DNA of 64,000 bases from the NCBI RefSeq assembly GCF_048593235.1, contig NC_133619.1:330164454-330228453 (forward strand). The letters are read 5' to 3'. Origin of the DNA: Sminthopsis crassicaudata (lineage: Eukaryota). The translations under genes were made by a program, and so were the position numbers. A model generated the notes under the pieces. The model saw only the letters and a list, made by a program, of their open reading frames with translations, searched no databases and had not been told where the DNA came from. Within the stretch, counting starts at the first letter, position 1; each line of letters opens with the position of its first letter. Positions 26,234-38,975 of the stretch are shown here, piece by piece.

Positions 26234-28629
26234 AGACATGAATTGACTGACATACGCTTTCCAGGAATGGTAGTGTGGGTTTGTTTATTATTCCCAGAAT
26301 TGGAATAAAGAAAATGGTGAGAAATGTGTTCAGATACATGGTATTTAAAGACTTAAAGACTTGTTGGCAATCCCTGCACTTTAAAAGCCTCATTTTTTTA
26401 AGCCTAATTTTCTTCTCAGTCTAGTTTGTTGTAAATTCTAATTACTTTGCTATGGATTTGGCTGGCAAAATTATATGTACAACCCTCTGATGTCTGCTTC
26501 TCTAGTACTCAGATTGGCAGAATCTATAAATGGCCAGAGATGTTTTCCTCATGATATTATGAGTTCATATCTTTAGAAGTAGAAGAAGCCTTAGTAGTCA
26601 CTGAATCCAAGTATCTCAATTTAAACAGATGAAGGTCAGAGGGGTTAGCCAGACTCGTACAGCTAGTAATTGTGATGTAGCATATAAAACCAGGCGTTTC
26701 TGATTCCAGGTCTAAAACTCCCAAATAGAATCTCCCAAAATAATACCTCATTTTCTACTAACTCTGCTTTGGAAAAGCCTTTCTTCTCAAGGCTTGCTAT
26801 GTCCTGGCCCTCTCAGAAATTGCTTACCCTTTCTCACACTGCCTCCATTCTCCTAGTACCTTAAACACAATTTTGTTAATGGAACTTCTGACAATTACTT
26901 CCACCCATTGCTTGTAGCTGTGTGACTTAAACAAACATTTCTGAACCCATTCCTTCTCTCTTTGCTCCATGGTTACTTCCATCAAGACTATCAAGTTTTC
27001 TGATTCTAAACCAGTGCTCCCTTGTCAGCTTACCCCTTTTTCCTCATTTTTGGTTAAGTTAAGCCGACATACCGAACCAAAGGTGAACAGAGACTAGAGA
27101 GCATTTTCTTATCCTTATCTAGAAATCCAGTCACTTTCATACCTCAAAGTGATGAATCACTTGGCTCACTTCGGCCCCTGCCCCTAGGAGGTGAATCCTA
27201 AAAACAATATGTGATCATAATAATTACAAGGATGAAAACTGCATAGATAGATAGCATTAGCAACATATTAAACCAGCTATTCCTTTCCTCGAGTATTTGG
27301 GAAGAATGGTTTCATCTCATATTAACCCGGGTGTTTCAGTTCAACTTTCATTTCAATTCAACATTCATTAAATATTTACCATGAAATCTGGCAGGTTCTA
27401 CTGAGATAGAAAGGCTTTAAGTATGAGCCAGGTGACCAACTCTCTCTCAAAGACCAACCAATTTAAGAGTGGAGAAATTTATCACCATAATATTGGCCAC
27501 AAGGTAGTTTTTCTTTTGTAGTAGGGCCACAGAAATTCAGGAAACCATGTAATAAGGTCTATAAGGTTACATTCTACAATAGTAGTATTCTATCTTTAGA
27601 ATCTTTAGAAGTATTGATGTAAGAATTACTGAATATGGTTTGGCAAAGATTTTATAAATCAGATAAAAATTTTGCTAAATCTATTTACAACTGATATCCT
27701 GGTTTCAAATTCTTCCTCAGAACATTTACTACTTGTGTGATCTTAAGCAAATCACTTAACATGTCTGGTTCTCTGTTTCTTCATCTGTTAAATGAAGTAT
27801 AACTTGATGACTTCCAAGGTCCCTTCCAGTTCTAAATCTATGAGCTTCTAATTCTATGAGCCTGTGAAATGCTGTATTAAAGTCCTGAAGCAATAAACTA
27901 AGGAAGAGATCAGATTATGGTGAAAATTATTCCTGGTTCACTTTGGCAATTTAGACAAAAAAAAAAAAATCAATCTATAAAAAGAAATAAGGGATACAGA
28001 GCCAAAGAACAACTTCAAAAACAAACATAAAACTCCACACAGATTTAGAAAATGTAGCACACTAAATCTTGTTGAAAAAATCACTGGAATATTTTTCCAG
28101 ACCAAGTTGGCACTTGGAGACAGACTATAGACACTGGAAAAGGGTCTGGTCAGGCACAAACTCCCCAGATGTATGCTTGTGCCCAGAGAAAGATGTGAAA
28201 AAGCAGACGAAGAGATCTCAGGGGTGGGAGACTAGGTACCACCTGGCACCTTTGGCTTCTACTACCCAGTTGTAGTTTACAAATCAAAAGTGAACTAAAA
28301 AGTGGATTTTCTCTTCATGATATATTATCAGGTTGGAAGGCTCTGAGTAGTGTATAAAGAAGCAAGCATCATCAGTGTGGCTCAAATTATAGTAGTAGAG
28401 AAGGGTCTCAATTCCACAATCCAATCTACTCTGATACTGGTATGTAAAAAAACAGGAATTCTGGACCAAAAAGAGCCTACAGTTATGCTACTCTGAATCA
28501 GCAGAGCTTCCCAGTTGGCCAGCAGCAATTTTGCTCAAACTCAAATCCCAAATCAGAAACTTTCAGCACTCAGACAAGGAAGCAACCTTGAGGAAAAATT
28601 TAAAGATGTTTTCAATATTGGAGTGTCAT

Positions 28630-29100
28630 AACTAAAAATAGAGTCCAAATATCCTATTTCAAGAAATTTTAAAGAAATAATACCCAAATCTCTTAAAAGC
28701 AGGATGCAAATTGGAAAATAGAAAGAATAATTGATCACCTCCTAATGAAATGAAAATTTCTAGAGACATCACAGCCAAAGTCCAAGATTCTAGATTGAAG
28801 AAAAAATTACTGCAAGCAACACGAAAGAATTCAAAGACTGAGTACAGTAAGAATCACATATGATTTAGCAGCCACCATCATAAAAGAATGAAGAACTTAG
28901 AATGCAATATTCCAGAAGGCAAAAAATAAGGGTTTACATTTGTGAATGATTTGTCCCACAACTCAGAGTATAAACCACAGGAGGAAAATGAATCTTTAAT
29001 TTTATTTCATTAAGTATTTATTTAATGAAATAAATTATTAAGTATTCTTGAAGTTTATACATAGAAGATAAGAGAAATGTTGACAAGTAAACTTAAACAA
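28630..29100 (+). mobile_element. Old L1/HAL1 ORF1 fragment
   Basis: A-rich decayed ORF1-like sequence (cacagccaaagtcc...agaatcacatatgatttagcagc...tggaatgcaatattccagaaggcaaa-like). Confidence 0.6.
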
Positions 29101-29303
29101 CCAAAAAGTACCAAATAAAGAAACTGTTGACATTCAAATTTTGGGAGAAATATGTGTTCCCTTTGAACTTTATCCTCATTAGGGGTCAAATAGGGAACCT
29201 AATTAGACAGAAGACCTAGGAGTGGTTCTGTCATATCTTGATCTCAAGAGAAGAATGGAAAGAAAGAGGAAAAGGAACACACTGGATGTAGGGTGGGGTG
29301 GGG

Positions 29304-29948
29304 TGTAGTATTCTCTGTGGTTTCAGAAAAAAAAAAAAATGGTATCTGAACAGCCTTCCTTTCAGCAGAATAATCACAAGAGTAGCCAGGTGTTAAAGTC
29401 CAAATCCTTTATTTTCTCCTTCATGATCTAGTTTCCTTGCCTGGGGCACTGGGCTAGTTTTCTTAGAGGCCTTCTGGAGTCTTGGTTTCAGTGGAGTGCA
29501 GGAGGCCACCCACCACAGTCTGTGAGATGAAGTGAATGAATCTGGCTCTGGGTCCCTTCCAGATATGTGTCTGGCCCTTCTGAGTCTCTCTCTGAGCCCT
29601 TCTGAGTCTGTCTCAGGCTCTGACTCCAAGCCTCTACTACCCTAGGAGAGCCACCAGGAGCCTGACCAAAGATGGAATTAATCTCTCTCCTTGACTCTGC
29701 AAGCTTGAACTCCTACCTCCGGTCCTTTTGTCTGCTCTGACTCTGGCTCTGGCTGAGGCTCACAGCTTATATGCTCTCTCATAATTACTTTATCATAGGT
29801 GTGAATCTTGTAGAACTATATTAAGTACTAAGTACATGTACTGAACTAGAGAACTGTTAAGCACTATACTAAACTATCAGATAACCATTTTCTTATTAAT
29901 TCCACTGACCTTGTAAGAAACCTTGTTTCAGAGTTCTAGCTCATAACA
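29304..29948 (-). mobile_element. Solo ERV LTR, antisense in CASR intron 6
   Basis: TGT...ACA termini, possible 4-bp TSD gggg, AATAAA (tttatt ~29408) and TATA (cttatat ~29767) on the minus strand. The left boundary is tentative. Confidence 0.7.
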
Positions 29949-30254
29949 GGGGAAATATGAAGATTAGGGGAAAATATCTCTTAGAATCAGGGTGTGCATG
30001 TAGACATCTATACATACAAAGAGGAAAATGGTGGGGATAGCAGTTGATTCTTCAATTTCATTCTCACTTGAACTGGTTAAAAGAGAAAATATACATGTAC
30101 ACACAGAGATACACACATAGATAGGTACCAAAATATATTTCAGTCAACAGGGAAATAGGAAAAAAAAAGGGGAATAAGGAGGTTAAGAAAAGGATTAGTT
30201 CTAATAAAAATAAATAATAGCTAAAAATGCACAAATAATTTATAATTCTTATGC

Positions 30255-30975
30255 CCAAAGGGCTATAAAATTGTGTATACCCTTTGATTCAGCAGTCTCT
30301 AGCCCAAAGAGATCATAGAAAAGGGAAAGGACCCACATGTGCAAAAATGTTTGTGGCAGCCCTTTTTGTACTGGCAAGGAACTAGAAATTGAGTGGATGC
30401 CCAACAGTTGGAGAATGGCTGAATAAGTTATGGTATATGAATGTTAAGTTATATTGTTCTATAAGAACTAATCAGCAGGATGATTTCAGAAAGGCCTGGA
30501 GGGACCTAGATGAACTGGTGCTAAATAAAGTGAGCAGAACAAAAAGAACATTGTACACAGCAACAACAATACTATATGATGATCAATTCTGATGGATGTG
30601 ACTCTTCAACAATGAGATGATTCAAGCCAATTCCAATGATCTTGTCATGAAGAGAGCCATCTGCGTCCCAAAAGAGAACAGGAGGGACTAAATGTGGATC
30701 ACGACATAGTATTTTCATCTTTTTTTGGTTATTGTCTGCTTACTTTTTATTTTCTTTCTCTTTTTTTCCTTTTTGATCTGATTTTTCTTGTGCAGCAAGA
30801 TAATTGTAGAAATATATACAGAAAAATTGCACATGTTTAACAAATATTGGATTACTTGCTGTCTAAGGGATGGATGGAGGGAAGGAAGGGAGAAAAAATT
30901 TGGAACACAAGGTTTTCCAAGGATGAATGCTGAAAATTATGATTTTAAAATGTTTTTAAAAAGAAGAAAAAATTA
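30255..30975 (+). mobile_element. L1 ORF2 end and 3' UTR (followed by older L1 tail ~30985-31530)
   Basis: tatgcccaaagggctataaaa...tgtttgtggcagccc...GCPTVGEWLNKLWYMNV (L1 ORF2 C-terminus). Confidence 0.85.
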
Positions 30976-31906
30976 ATTTACAATTCTTTTTGAGGCAAAG
31001 AATGGGAACTCTGAGAGAGTATCCATAAATCAGAAAATGTCTAAACAGATTATAATTATATATATATATAACCATATATGGTATATAATTGGTCTATAAT
31101 TATACTGAAATACTATTGTTTTGTAAGAAATGATGAAAGATATGGTTTCAGAGAAATCTTAGAAGACATATATGAATAATTGCAGATTGAAGTGAACAAA
31201 ACTAAGAAAACAATTTGTATAATGAGCAACAATACAGTGAAGACCCAACCAACTGAAAGAATTAGGAACTCTGATCAGCATAATGATCAGCCACAATTTC
31301 CAAAGACTCATGATGAAACATGTTATATATTTTCTGATATAGATGTGAAGGATTCAAAGTACAGAAGGAGGCACATTTTTTTTTAACATACCCAATGTGG
31401 AAAATATATTTTGTTTTACTATAAATGCTTGTAATAGAGTTTTGTTTTTCTTTTGTTTTCAATTGGGGGGAGGTGTTGGCAAGTGTGAGAGAGAAGGCAC
31501 ATTTTTGCTGATTGAAAAAAATACAATTAAATAAAACAAATGTTTTCAGTACATTACCAAAAAAAAAAAAAAAAAAAAAAAAAAAGGAGATAAAGGAGTT
31601 GAAGGAACCCTAACAAAAAGCAAAAGATAAGTACATGCTATAATTTGCATAATAGTGCTTCCTGAGTGATGCTGAAGCAAAAGAGTTCAAGGGTAGGGAA
31701 ATTTGCTTCTCCCAGTTCTTCATTTATCATTTTAGTTTTATCTTTTCCCCTCATACTAACATGAATTTCTATGGTTTGATCAGTGTCAATGAATGGAAAT
31801 TAAAATACTCCCATTTTTCCAGGCTCAGCTACAATTCACATAGATGTTTCTGCTCTGATCAGAGGCAGATGTTTATCCCTGATTTCCCTGATTATCCTTC
31901 CCTCAA

Positions 31907-32136
31907 NNNNNNNNNNNNNNNNNNNNNNNNNNNNNNNNNNNNNNNNNNNNNNNNNNNNNNNNNNNNNNNNNNNNNNNNNNNNNNNNNNNNNNNNNNNNNN
32001 NNNNNNNNNNNNNNNNNNNNNNNNNNNNNNNNNNNNNNNNNNNNNNNNNNNNNNNNNNNNNNNNNNNNNNNNNNNNNNNNNNNNNNNNNNNNNNNNNNNN
32101 NNNNNNNNNNNNNNNNNNNNNNNNNNNNNNNNNNNN
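31907..32136. other. Assembly gap (230 N)
   Basis: Run of N. Confidence 1.
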
Positions 32137-32944
32137 CATCTGAAGAAAACTTTAGGATTCTCTGCCCTCAAACACTTGTGGAACATACAGTCTAGGAAAG
32201 AAAAAGGAGGAAAGTAAACAACTCCTTTAGGAGGTAGCTTAGTACAGTGGAAAGAACATTAGTCCTAGGGTTAGAAGACCTCCATTCAGATAATCACTCC
32301 TGACATCAGATGTAGGATTATCAGGAGGTCACTTAATCTTCCTTGGAGTTAGTTTTCTCACCTGTAAAATGGAGGGCTTGAACTAGATGGCTTCTGAGAT
32401 CTTTTTGATCTGTAAATCTATGCCAAGTGACTTTGTGGACAGGGAACTGACACAGGGAAAGCAGATTCAAACACTTAACTAGTTGTGTGACCCTACACAA
32501 CTCACTTCACTTCTGTTAGCTTTTCTTCCTCATCTGTAAAATGAGAGAGTTGCTAATGATGAAGGGAGCCCTGAAACTCTAAAACTCCTTGAAGGACAAA
32601 TTCTCCTTAAATTCTGCCTCTATAAAACTTGTTCACGGAAACATTTTTTTTTTACTGCATTAATGCTTTATGTCCTCACATTTATATTCAAAATTCACAC
32701 ACAAATGAAAATGGAAAAAACTTGCCAATACCTGATTCTGTCCCCTATTTTTCCATTCGCAATCATATACTTAGGTACCTTTTGACCCCATGGGAAAAAA
32801 ATATCTAACGTTCAGAACTACCAGTAACAGGAAGAAGAGATTTTTTTCTGTTTTGAGAATGAAGAATGTTTCCCATCATAGTGGAGTTTAAGTACATTCT
32901 CCACGTATGCGGCGTGCTAGCTGGACCCAAGGACAGTTTCAATC

Positions 32945-33475
32945 TGTTATCTAGGTGGGGCTGGTTGAGTCCTAAACTGGAGAATTCCAATCCTATTCAT
33001 GGAAGATTTTCTATTCAATTCCAGCTCAAGCTGAAACTCAGCTTGTAGATAAAAAGAGCCAACTTGGACCTCACTCCTTGCAGAGGAGCTAATATGCCAT
33101 CCATGGAATATTAGCAAAGCTCTGTCTCCTGGAATATTCTCTTTCAGCATCACCCTCTCTATCCTCACCCATTTCCCTAATGAGACTTTATATCTCTCTG
33201 TCAGGATTTCTCTGCTAGAAACTTTACTTCTCAGTTGGGACCTTGCCACTACGGAATTCAGCCTTTCTATTCATGCATAGCAAAGGCTGACTTCCCAATG
33301 CCAATAATAAACTTCTTTTACCAGTCTAGGTTTTCGGGTTTGCAAATTCCTTTATGAAGGACCTCTGCACTGCCAGAAGGGGGGTTCCCAAAAATCCCTA
33401 CCCAAGTGCTGAATCCAAAGAGGATTTAGGGGAGCCAAACCTCCTCATTTGGTTCCCTGAATCTAATCTCATCAC
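32945..33475 (+). mobile_element. Solo ERV LTR, sense orientation, ~340 nt upstream of CASR exon 7
   Basis: TG...CA termini, TATA-like gataaaaag at 33048-33056, AATAAA at 33306-33311, U5-like tail ending ctcatca. No TSD found, so the 5' boundary is uncertain. Confidence 0.7.
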
Positions 33476-33817
33476 TCTTAAAGGCTTTTAAGGTCTAAAA
33501 TTGTGATTCTAGCTAGGACTAAGTAACCCCTCTGTATTTCATTTTCCTCATCTGTAAACTAAAAAGTTGGAGTTCCTTCTAGCTCTATGTCTATCATCCA
33601 GCTCTCCAAAACCAATGCCCTGTGTATCACAAGACAAGAGCTCACTAACTAGAGTTTTCTACAGACTCCAGCATTTCATCCAGAGTGAGGGAAGGCTAAG
33701 TTTTCTGTGTGAAGCAGGGGTGCTACTTCCCAATACTTCATGTTCTGAGGGCAGCTTCAGTACAATGAGTTATGTTTGCTGTGCTGCAAATTAATTCTAT
33801 TCAATGGTGTTTTACAG

Positions 33818-35298
33818 ATGCAAGTGCTTGCGACAAGTGTCCTGACGATTCCTGGTCCAATGAAAACCATACTTCTTGCATTGCGAAGCAGATCGAATTT
33901 CTTTCTTGGACAGAGCCATTCGGAATTGCCCTCACCCTTTTTGCAGTTCTGGGAATCTTCCTAACATCTTTTGTCCTCGGAGTCTTCATCAAGTTCCGAA
34001 ATACTCCCATCGTCAAGGCAACCAACCGGGAACTGTCCTACCTCCTTCTCTTTTCCTTGATCTGCTGTTTCTCCAGCTCCTTGTTCTTCATCGGGGAGCC
34101 TCAGGACTGGACGTGTTGCCTGCGCCAGCCAGCCTTCGGGATCAGCTTTGTATTATGCATCTCCTGCATCTTGGTGAAAACCAATCGGATCCTTTTGGTA
34201 TTTGAGGCGAAGATCCCCACCAGTCTCCACCGCAAGTGGTGGGGTCTCAACCTGCAGTTTCTCCTCGTTTTCCTCTGCACCTTCATGCAGATTGTCATAT
34301 GTGTCATCTGGCTCTACAATGCCCCCCCTTCTAGCTACCGGAACTACGAGCTGGAGGACGAGATCATCTTTGTCACGTGCCATGAAGGGTCCCTCATGGC
34401 GCTGGGCTTCCTGATCGGGTACACCTGCCTTCTAGCCGCCATCTGCTTCTTCTTCGCGTTCAAGTCCAGGAAGCTGCCCGAGAACTTCAACGAAGCCAAG
34501 TTCATCACCTTCAGTATGCTCATCTTCTTCATCGTCTGGATCTCCTTCATCCCGGCCTACGCCAGCACCTACGGCAAGTTCGTCTCGGCCGTGGAGGTGA
34601 TCGCTATCCTGGCGGCCAGCTTCGGGCTGCTGGCCTGCATCTTCTTCAACAAGGTCTACATCATCCTCTTCAAGCCTTCTCGGAACACCATCGAGGAGGT
34701 GCGCTGCAGCACCGCAGCCCACGCTTTCAAGGTGGCCGCCCGAGCCACCTTGCGCCGCAGCAACGTCTCCAGGAAGCGCTCCAACAGCCTTGGGGGCTCC
34801 ACCGGCTCCACCCCGTCCTCCTCCATGAGCAGCAAGAGCAACTCTGAGGACCCCTTCCCGCAGCCCGACAGGGAGAAAGAGCAGCAGCAGCAGCAGCAGC
34901 CCCTGACCCCTCAGCAGCAGCGGCCGCAACAGCAGCAGCACCGCTGTAAACAGAAAGTGATCTTCGGCAGTGGGACGGTCACCTTTTCTCTGAGCTTCGA
35001 TGAACCACAGAAGAACGCTATGGCCCATAAGGTGGCCAAGCAGCAGAACTCCCTAGAGGCCCAGAATAGTGGTGACAGCCTGGCCCGGCGCCAGGCCTTA
35101 CTCCCCCTTCAGAGCAGCGAAGCTGGATCAGAACTGGACAGCGGGGACTTGGGCTCAAACGAGTCGGTGGTGGGTGATAGCCAGCCAGAGACCCAGATGC
35201 CCGAAGAAATGTCCCCAGCCCTGGTTGTGTCTAACTCAAGGAGTTTCATCATCAGCGGAGGCGGCAGTGCCATCACGGAAAAGAAACTCCATTCCTAA
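33818..35298 (+). CDS. CASR: Calcium-sensing receptor, terminal coding exon (human exon 7 equivalent: end of CRD, 7TM, C-terminal tail)
   Basis: Acceptor tttacag|AT at 33817/33818 completes Asp (G+AT) with exon 6. 493 codons to TAA at 35296-35298. Contains the class C GPCR 7TM ([16 protein letters not shown]...[20 protein letters not shown]...), the T888-equivalent PKC site (ARATLRR), the Arg-rich RRSNVSRKR motif and a Gln-rich tail. Confidence 0.98.
34300..35200. promoter_or_regulatory. CpG-island-like segment within CASR exon 7
   Basis: About 35 CpG dinucleotides by manual count in 34321-34860 with very high GC3, against strongly CpG-depleted AT-rich introns. Confidence 0.6.
34882..34899 (+). 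repeat. (CAG)6 coding polyglutamine tract in CASR tail
   Basis: cagcagcagcagcagcag in frame (QQQQQQ), followed by further CAG/CAA triplets. Confidence 0.95.
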
Positions 35299-36070
35299 AC
35301 TGAAAGAGCCGCTGCTCGGAGAGGATGCCCAAAGTCCAGCCGTAATTGTTGGAGACGGTTATAGTGCGTTGTTGTCCATAGAAATCGCTTTCCCTCTGGA
35401 GACAGAAGGAGAGCCACGTAGATATAAGACACTCGTGTTTTTAGAATCTTGAACTTTAGGTTGAATCATTTAAGTTGCAAGACTGGCTACTAAAAAAAAA
35501 AATAACAAAAGTCATTCTCTATGGGTGATTTAGGTCCATGAAACTGCTTTTTAATGCTGCTTGATGTAGAGGGGGAAATTCCCTCACATTTAGAGCAGAA
35601 GTGGAATGGGGAGTAGTGGGGTCCTTACCACCTGGGGTCTTCAAGCAGAGGCTGGGTGACTGATCATTGCAGGGGATTCCTGCTCAGCTAAAATTGGCCC
35701 AGCTGGTCTCAGAAGTCTTCAAGGCCTGGGATTCTGATATAGTCCTGCTTCTTTTGAAAACAGTTTCCATTCTTCTATTCTAAGCCACCACAGTACCAAC
35801 AAGGCATTGAATTTCTTTCTGCTATGGTGTGTGTGTATACATATTTGTGTAAGCCTATGGGTGAGTGTATTAAATAACATGTTAAATATCTGTCTGTCCT
35901 GGGAAAAACTGAGCCTTATGTGGTTCAGTGAGAACCTGACTGTGGAGTCACAGGATTTCAGTCGGGACATGATCCAAAAAAATGACTGAAAGGCAGAATG
36001 CTGGTGGATAGCCTGGCTGTGTAAAGTATTTTCAGTGTTTGAAATAAAGCACGTGTGAATGCTTCTTCTT
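35299..36070 (+). other. CASR: CASR 3' UTR (to first good poly(A) signal; may extend further)
   Basis: Non-repetitive sequence after the stop codon, ending near AATAAA at 36043-36048. The end is inferred, with no transcript data. Confidence 0.6.
36043..36048 (+). terminator. Candidate CASR polyadenylation signal AATAAA
   Basis: gaAATAAAgc ~745 nt downstream of the stop, followed by gtgtg/ttcttctt downstream elements. Confidence 0.55.
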
Positions 36071-38975
36071 ATTTATAAAACCATAAGACACTGGGATCTT
36101 CTCCTTACTGCTGCTAATTTGGAATGTTTAAATGCTGGCCACCAACCTTTTCTATTAGGGTTTATGCTTACATCCAGAATATGCTACTGACACTGTGATT
36201 GATTTGGAGAAGGAGAACCAGCTCCAGATGTAAATTCAATGAGGATGTATCTGTGATTGAGCTTACTCCATGTGCTTTTGCTTTCATGAATTGTTTCTGC
36301 TTTAATGTTCTGGAAGGAGAGAAAAAGGGGAAGAGGAACATAAAATGAACATTTTCACAATCTTGCTTACATGATATAATGCCATTAAAGCTCCAGTCTC
36401 TCCTTCATTTTCATCAATAAGGTTGTGTACACTCTTGGAAATAGAAGGGTTAGGCTTGGAAGGCAACACAGTATAGTAGGAACACACTAAATACATAAAA
36501 GCATGTAGATACAATCAGAGATCTAGAATTAGAAGGGATATAAGAGGTCCTCTAGTCCAACCCCCTTATTTTACTGATGGAGAAATTGAGGTTTAGTAAG
36601 GTTTTAGCTTGCCCAAGGTAAATAGGTAGTAAATGACTAAGGCAGGGTTTTAATCTTGGTCTGATGACTTCAACTTCACTTCCTCCAATAGCTATTTGAC
36701 ATTGGGCAAATTAATTTAATCAGCCCAAATTCCATCTTGTGTAGGAGGCTTTTCTTAGTTCCCCCAGCTTCTAATGTCTTTGTGCTTCAATTTCTTTCAT
36801 CTACTCTCTCTATATATTTTAAAATTTTATTCAGCTATGTACCTGTTGTTTTACAAATTAGGTTGTATACTCCCTGACAGCAGAAACAGTTTGGGATTTT
36901 TTTGTTTTTGTTTTTACTTTCTTTGTAAATGTCTTTGTCTCTGACATTCACATCAGTATCTACCACATGGTAGGAACTTTAAAAAAATGTTTCTTGACTG
37001 ATTAGCCCCTTTCTACCTTTCTAGTCTTCCTATCCCTTAATTTCCCTCATATACTCTTCAGTCTCAAGACATTGACCTCTTGAACAAGATCCTCTATGTC
37101 ATGACTGAGAATTTTCATTCCTGGAACCCTCTCCCTCCTCATCTTCCCCCTCCTGGCTTTCTACAAGTCTCAGCCAAAGTCCCACCTTCTGCAAAAAGCC
37201 TTTCTCAATCCCTCTCAATGCCAGTGCCTTCCCTCTGCTGATTATCTCCAATTTATCCTGTCTATATCTTGTTTGTACATATTGTTGTTTACATATTGTT
37301 TTCCCCATTAGACTGTAAGCTCTGTGAGGGCAGGGACTCTTTTTGGCTTTCTTTGTACCTGCAGCACTTAATATAGAGCCTGGCAAATAGTAGTTTCATA
37401 ATAAATAAATGCTAGTTGACTGACTGATCAATTCCTCAGTTTCCTCACCTGTAAAACGCAGATAATAATGGTATTTTCTACTTCACAGAGCTATTGGGAG
37501 AAGTCCATGTTGAACACAAAAGGTAAAAGTAAAAAAAGGAAAGTACTTTAATGTGAGCCATTATTATCAAGAAATTTCTTCCATTTCTGTTCAAAGACAA
37601 ATTTATATCTGGACTAAGAAAGAAGTCCCAGCACTACACTTTACTAGCAGAGTGATTTTGCATAAGCCATTTCTCTTTTCTGAAATTCCATTTCTTCATA
37701 TGTTATTTGAGGGGTTGAAATAGCTGTCTTTTAAGGTCTCTTCCAGCTCTAAAGCATGTGATTACAAAGTATATGTCTATCCCTGTCATTTCCATGGTCA
37801 GTAGGCTAACTTTCAAAATCAAATAGAAAGTCACTTTTGACTCTTACATCTTCTCCAGTCTTACTACATTTTCCTCCCCTCCAGGTATTTTATGAATCAG
37901 CAGCACTGCCTTTCCTGCTATTCCTCTATTACAACACTTCATCTCCTATCTCCTCTCCTTTTCACTGATGTCCCTCACTTCCGAATTTCTTTCATTCCTC
38001 AAGACCAGCTCAGATCCCAGCTTCTGCAAAAAGCCTTTTTTGGGCAGCCCTTGTCTCTGATATTACCTTCCATTTATCCTGTCTATATCTTGTTTATATG
38101 TAGATGTCTGCCTGTTGTCTCCCTTGTTAGAATGTGAGCCCCTTGAGAGCAGAGGCTGTTTTTACCTTTCTTTGTATCTCTAAATGCTTAGAAAAGTGCC
38201 TGGCACAGAGTGAAGGCTTAATAAATGGGTGTTGATCCTACAGTGACCTAAAGTCTCCCAGCTGAACAAATGTTTTGAAAATTTAAACAAACAAACAAAC
38301 AAAAAAACCTCTTTAATACTTCTAGAAGTCTTTCCTATGATTTGTTGTTCTACTTGCTCCTCCCCAATATATACATATATCCATCCCTATTAGAACTTTT
38401 TTTCTTTTCAAAAATACTTTCAAATCTTTTGTTTTATCTTCACAAAATTCCATTTGGGTAGATAGGGTAGGTATTATTATTCCTATTTCGCAGTTAGAGA
38501 AATTGATGTATAGAGAGATTGTCCAAAACTGGAATCTAAGCCTGAGAACAGTTAAAAATGGAAAATCTTCATATCTTAATATGAGAATATTAGCTTCATG
38601 TGAAAGAAAAAGAGAAACTAGATGGCAGAGATGAAAGGGGAAGTGTTGAGGAAGTTGGGGTGAGTATGGAGGGAATGGCCCTGTCTAGAAAAGGATTGAT
38701 CTAATATGTTTGGCAAGTATGATATAGAAAATGTGGTCAATTTTTGTTACTGTTGTCCATCCTTCATTCTCAAAGAGGACCAATGACATCACTAGACTAA
38801 TACTTTGACTTACTCATGAATTACATTGAAGTGAGACAGAGCTATACAGATTCACCAATCTTAAGGAAGTTTGGGAAGACAAGCTTGAAAGTCCCCAGAG
38901 AAATATATTAGAAATAGCAGGGGATGTCAAACCAGGGACTTTATTAGAAAAATAAAAGCTACACCTTCCACATAA

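Noticed and set aside
34432-35028. 198-aa antisense ORF and other short ORFs overlapping CASR exon 7
   Set aside because: Expected shadow of high GC3 codon usage on the opposite strand, with no recognisable homology.
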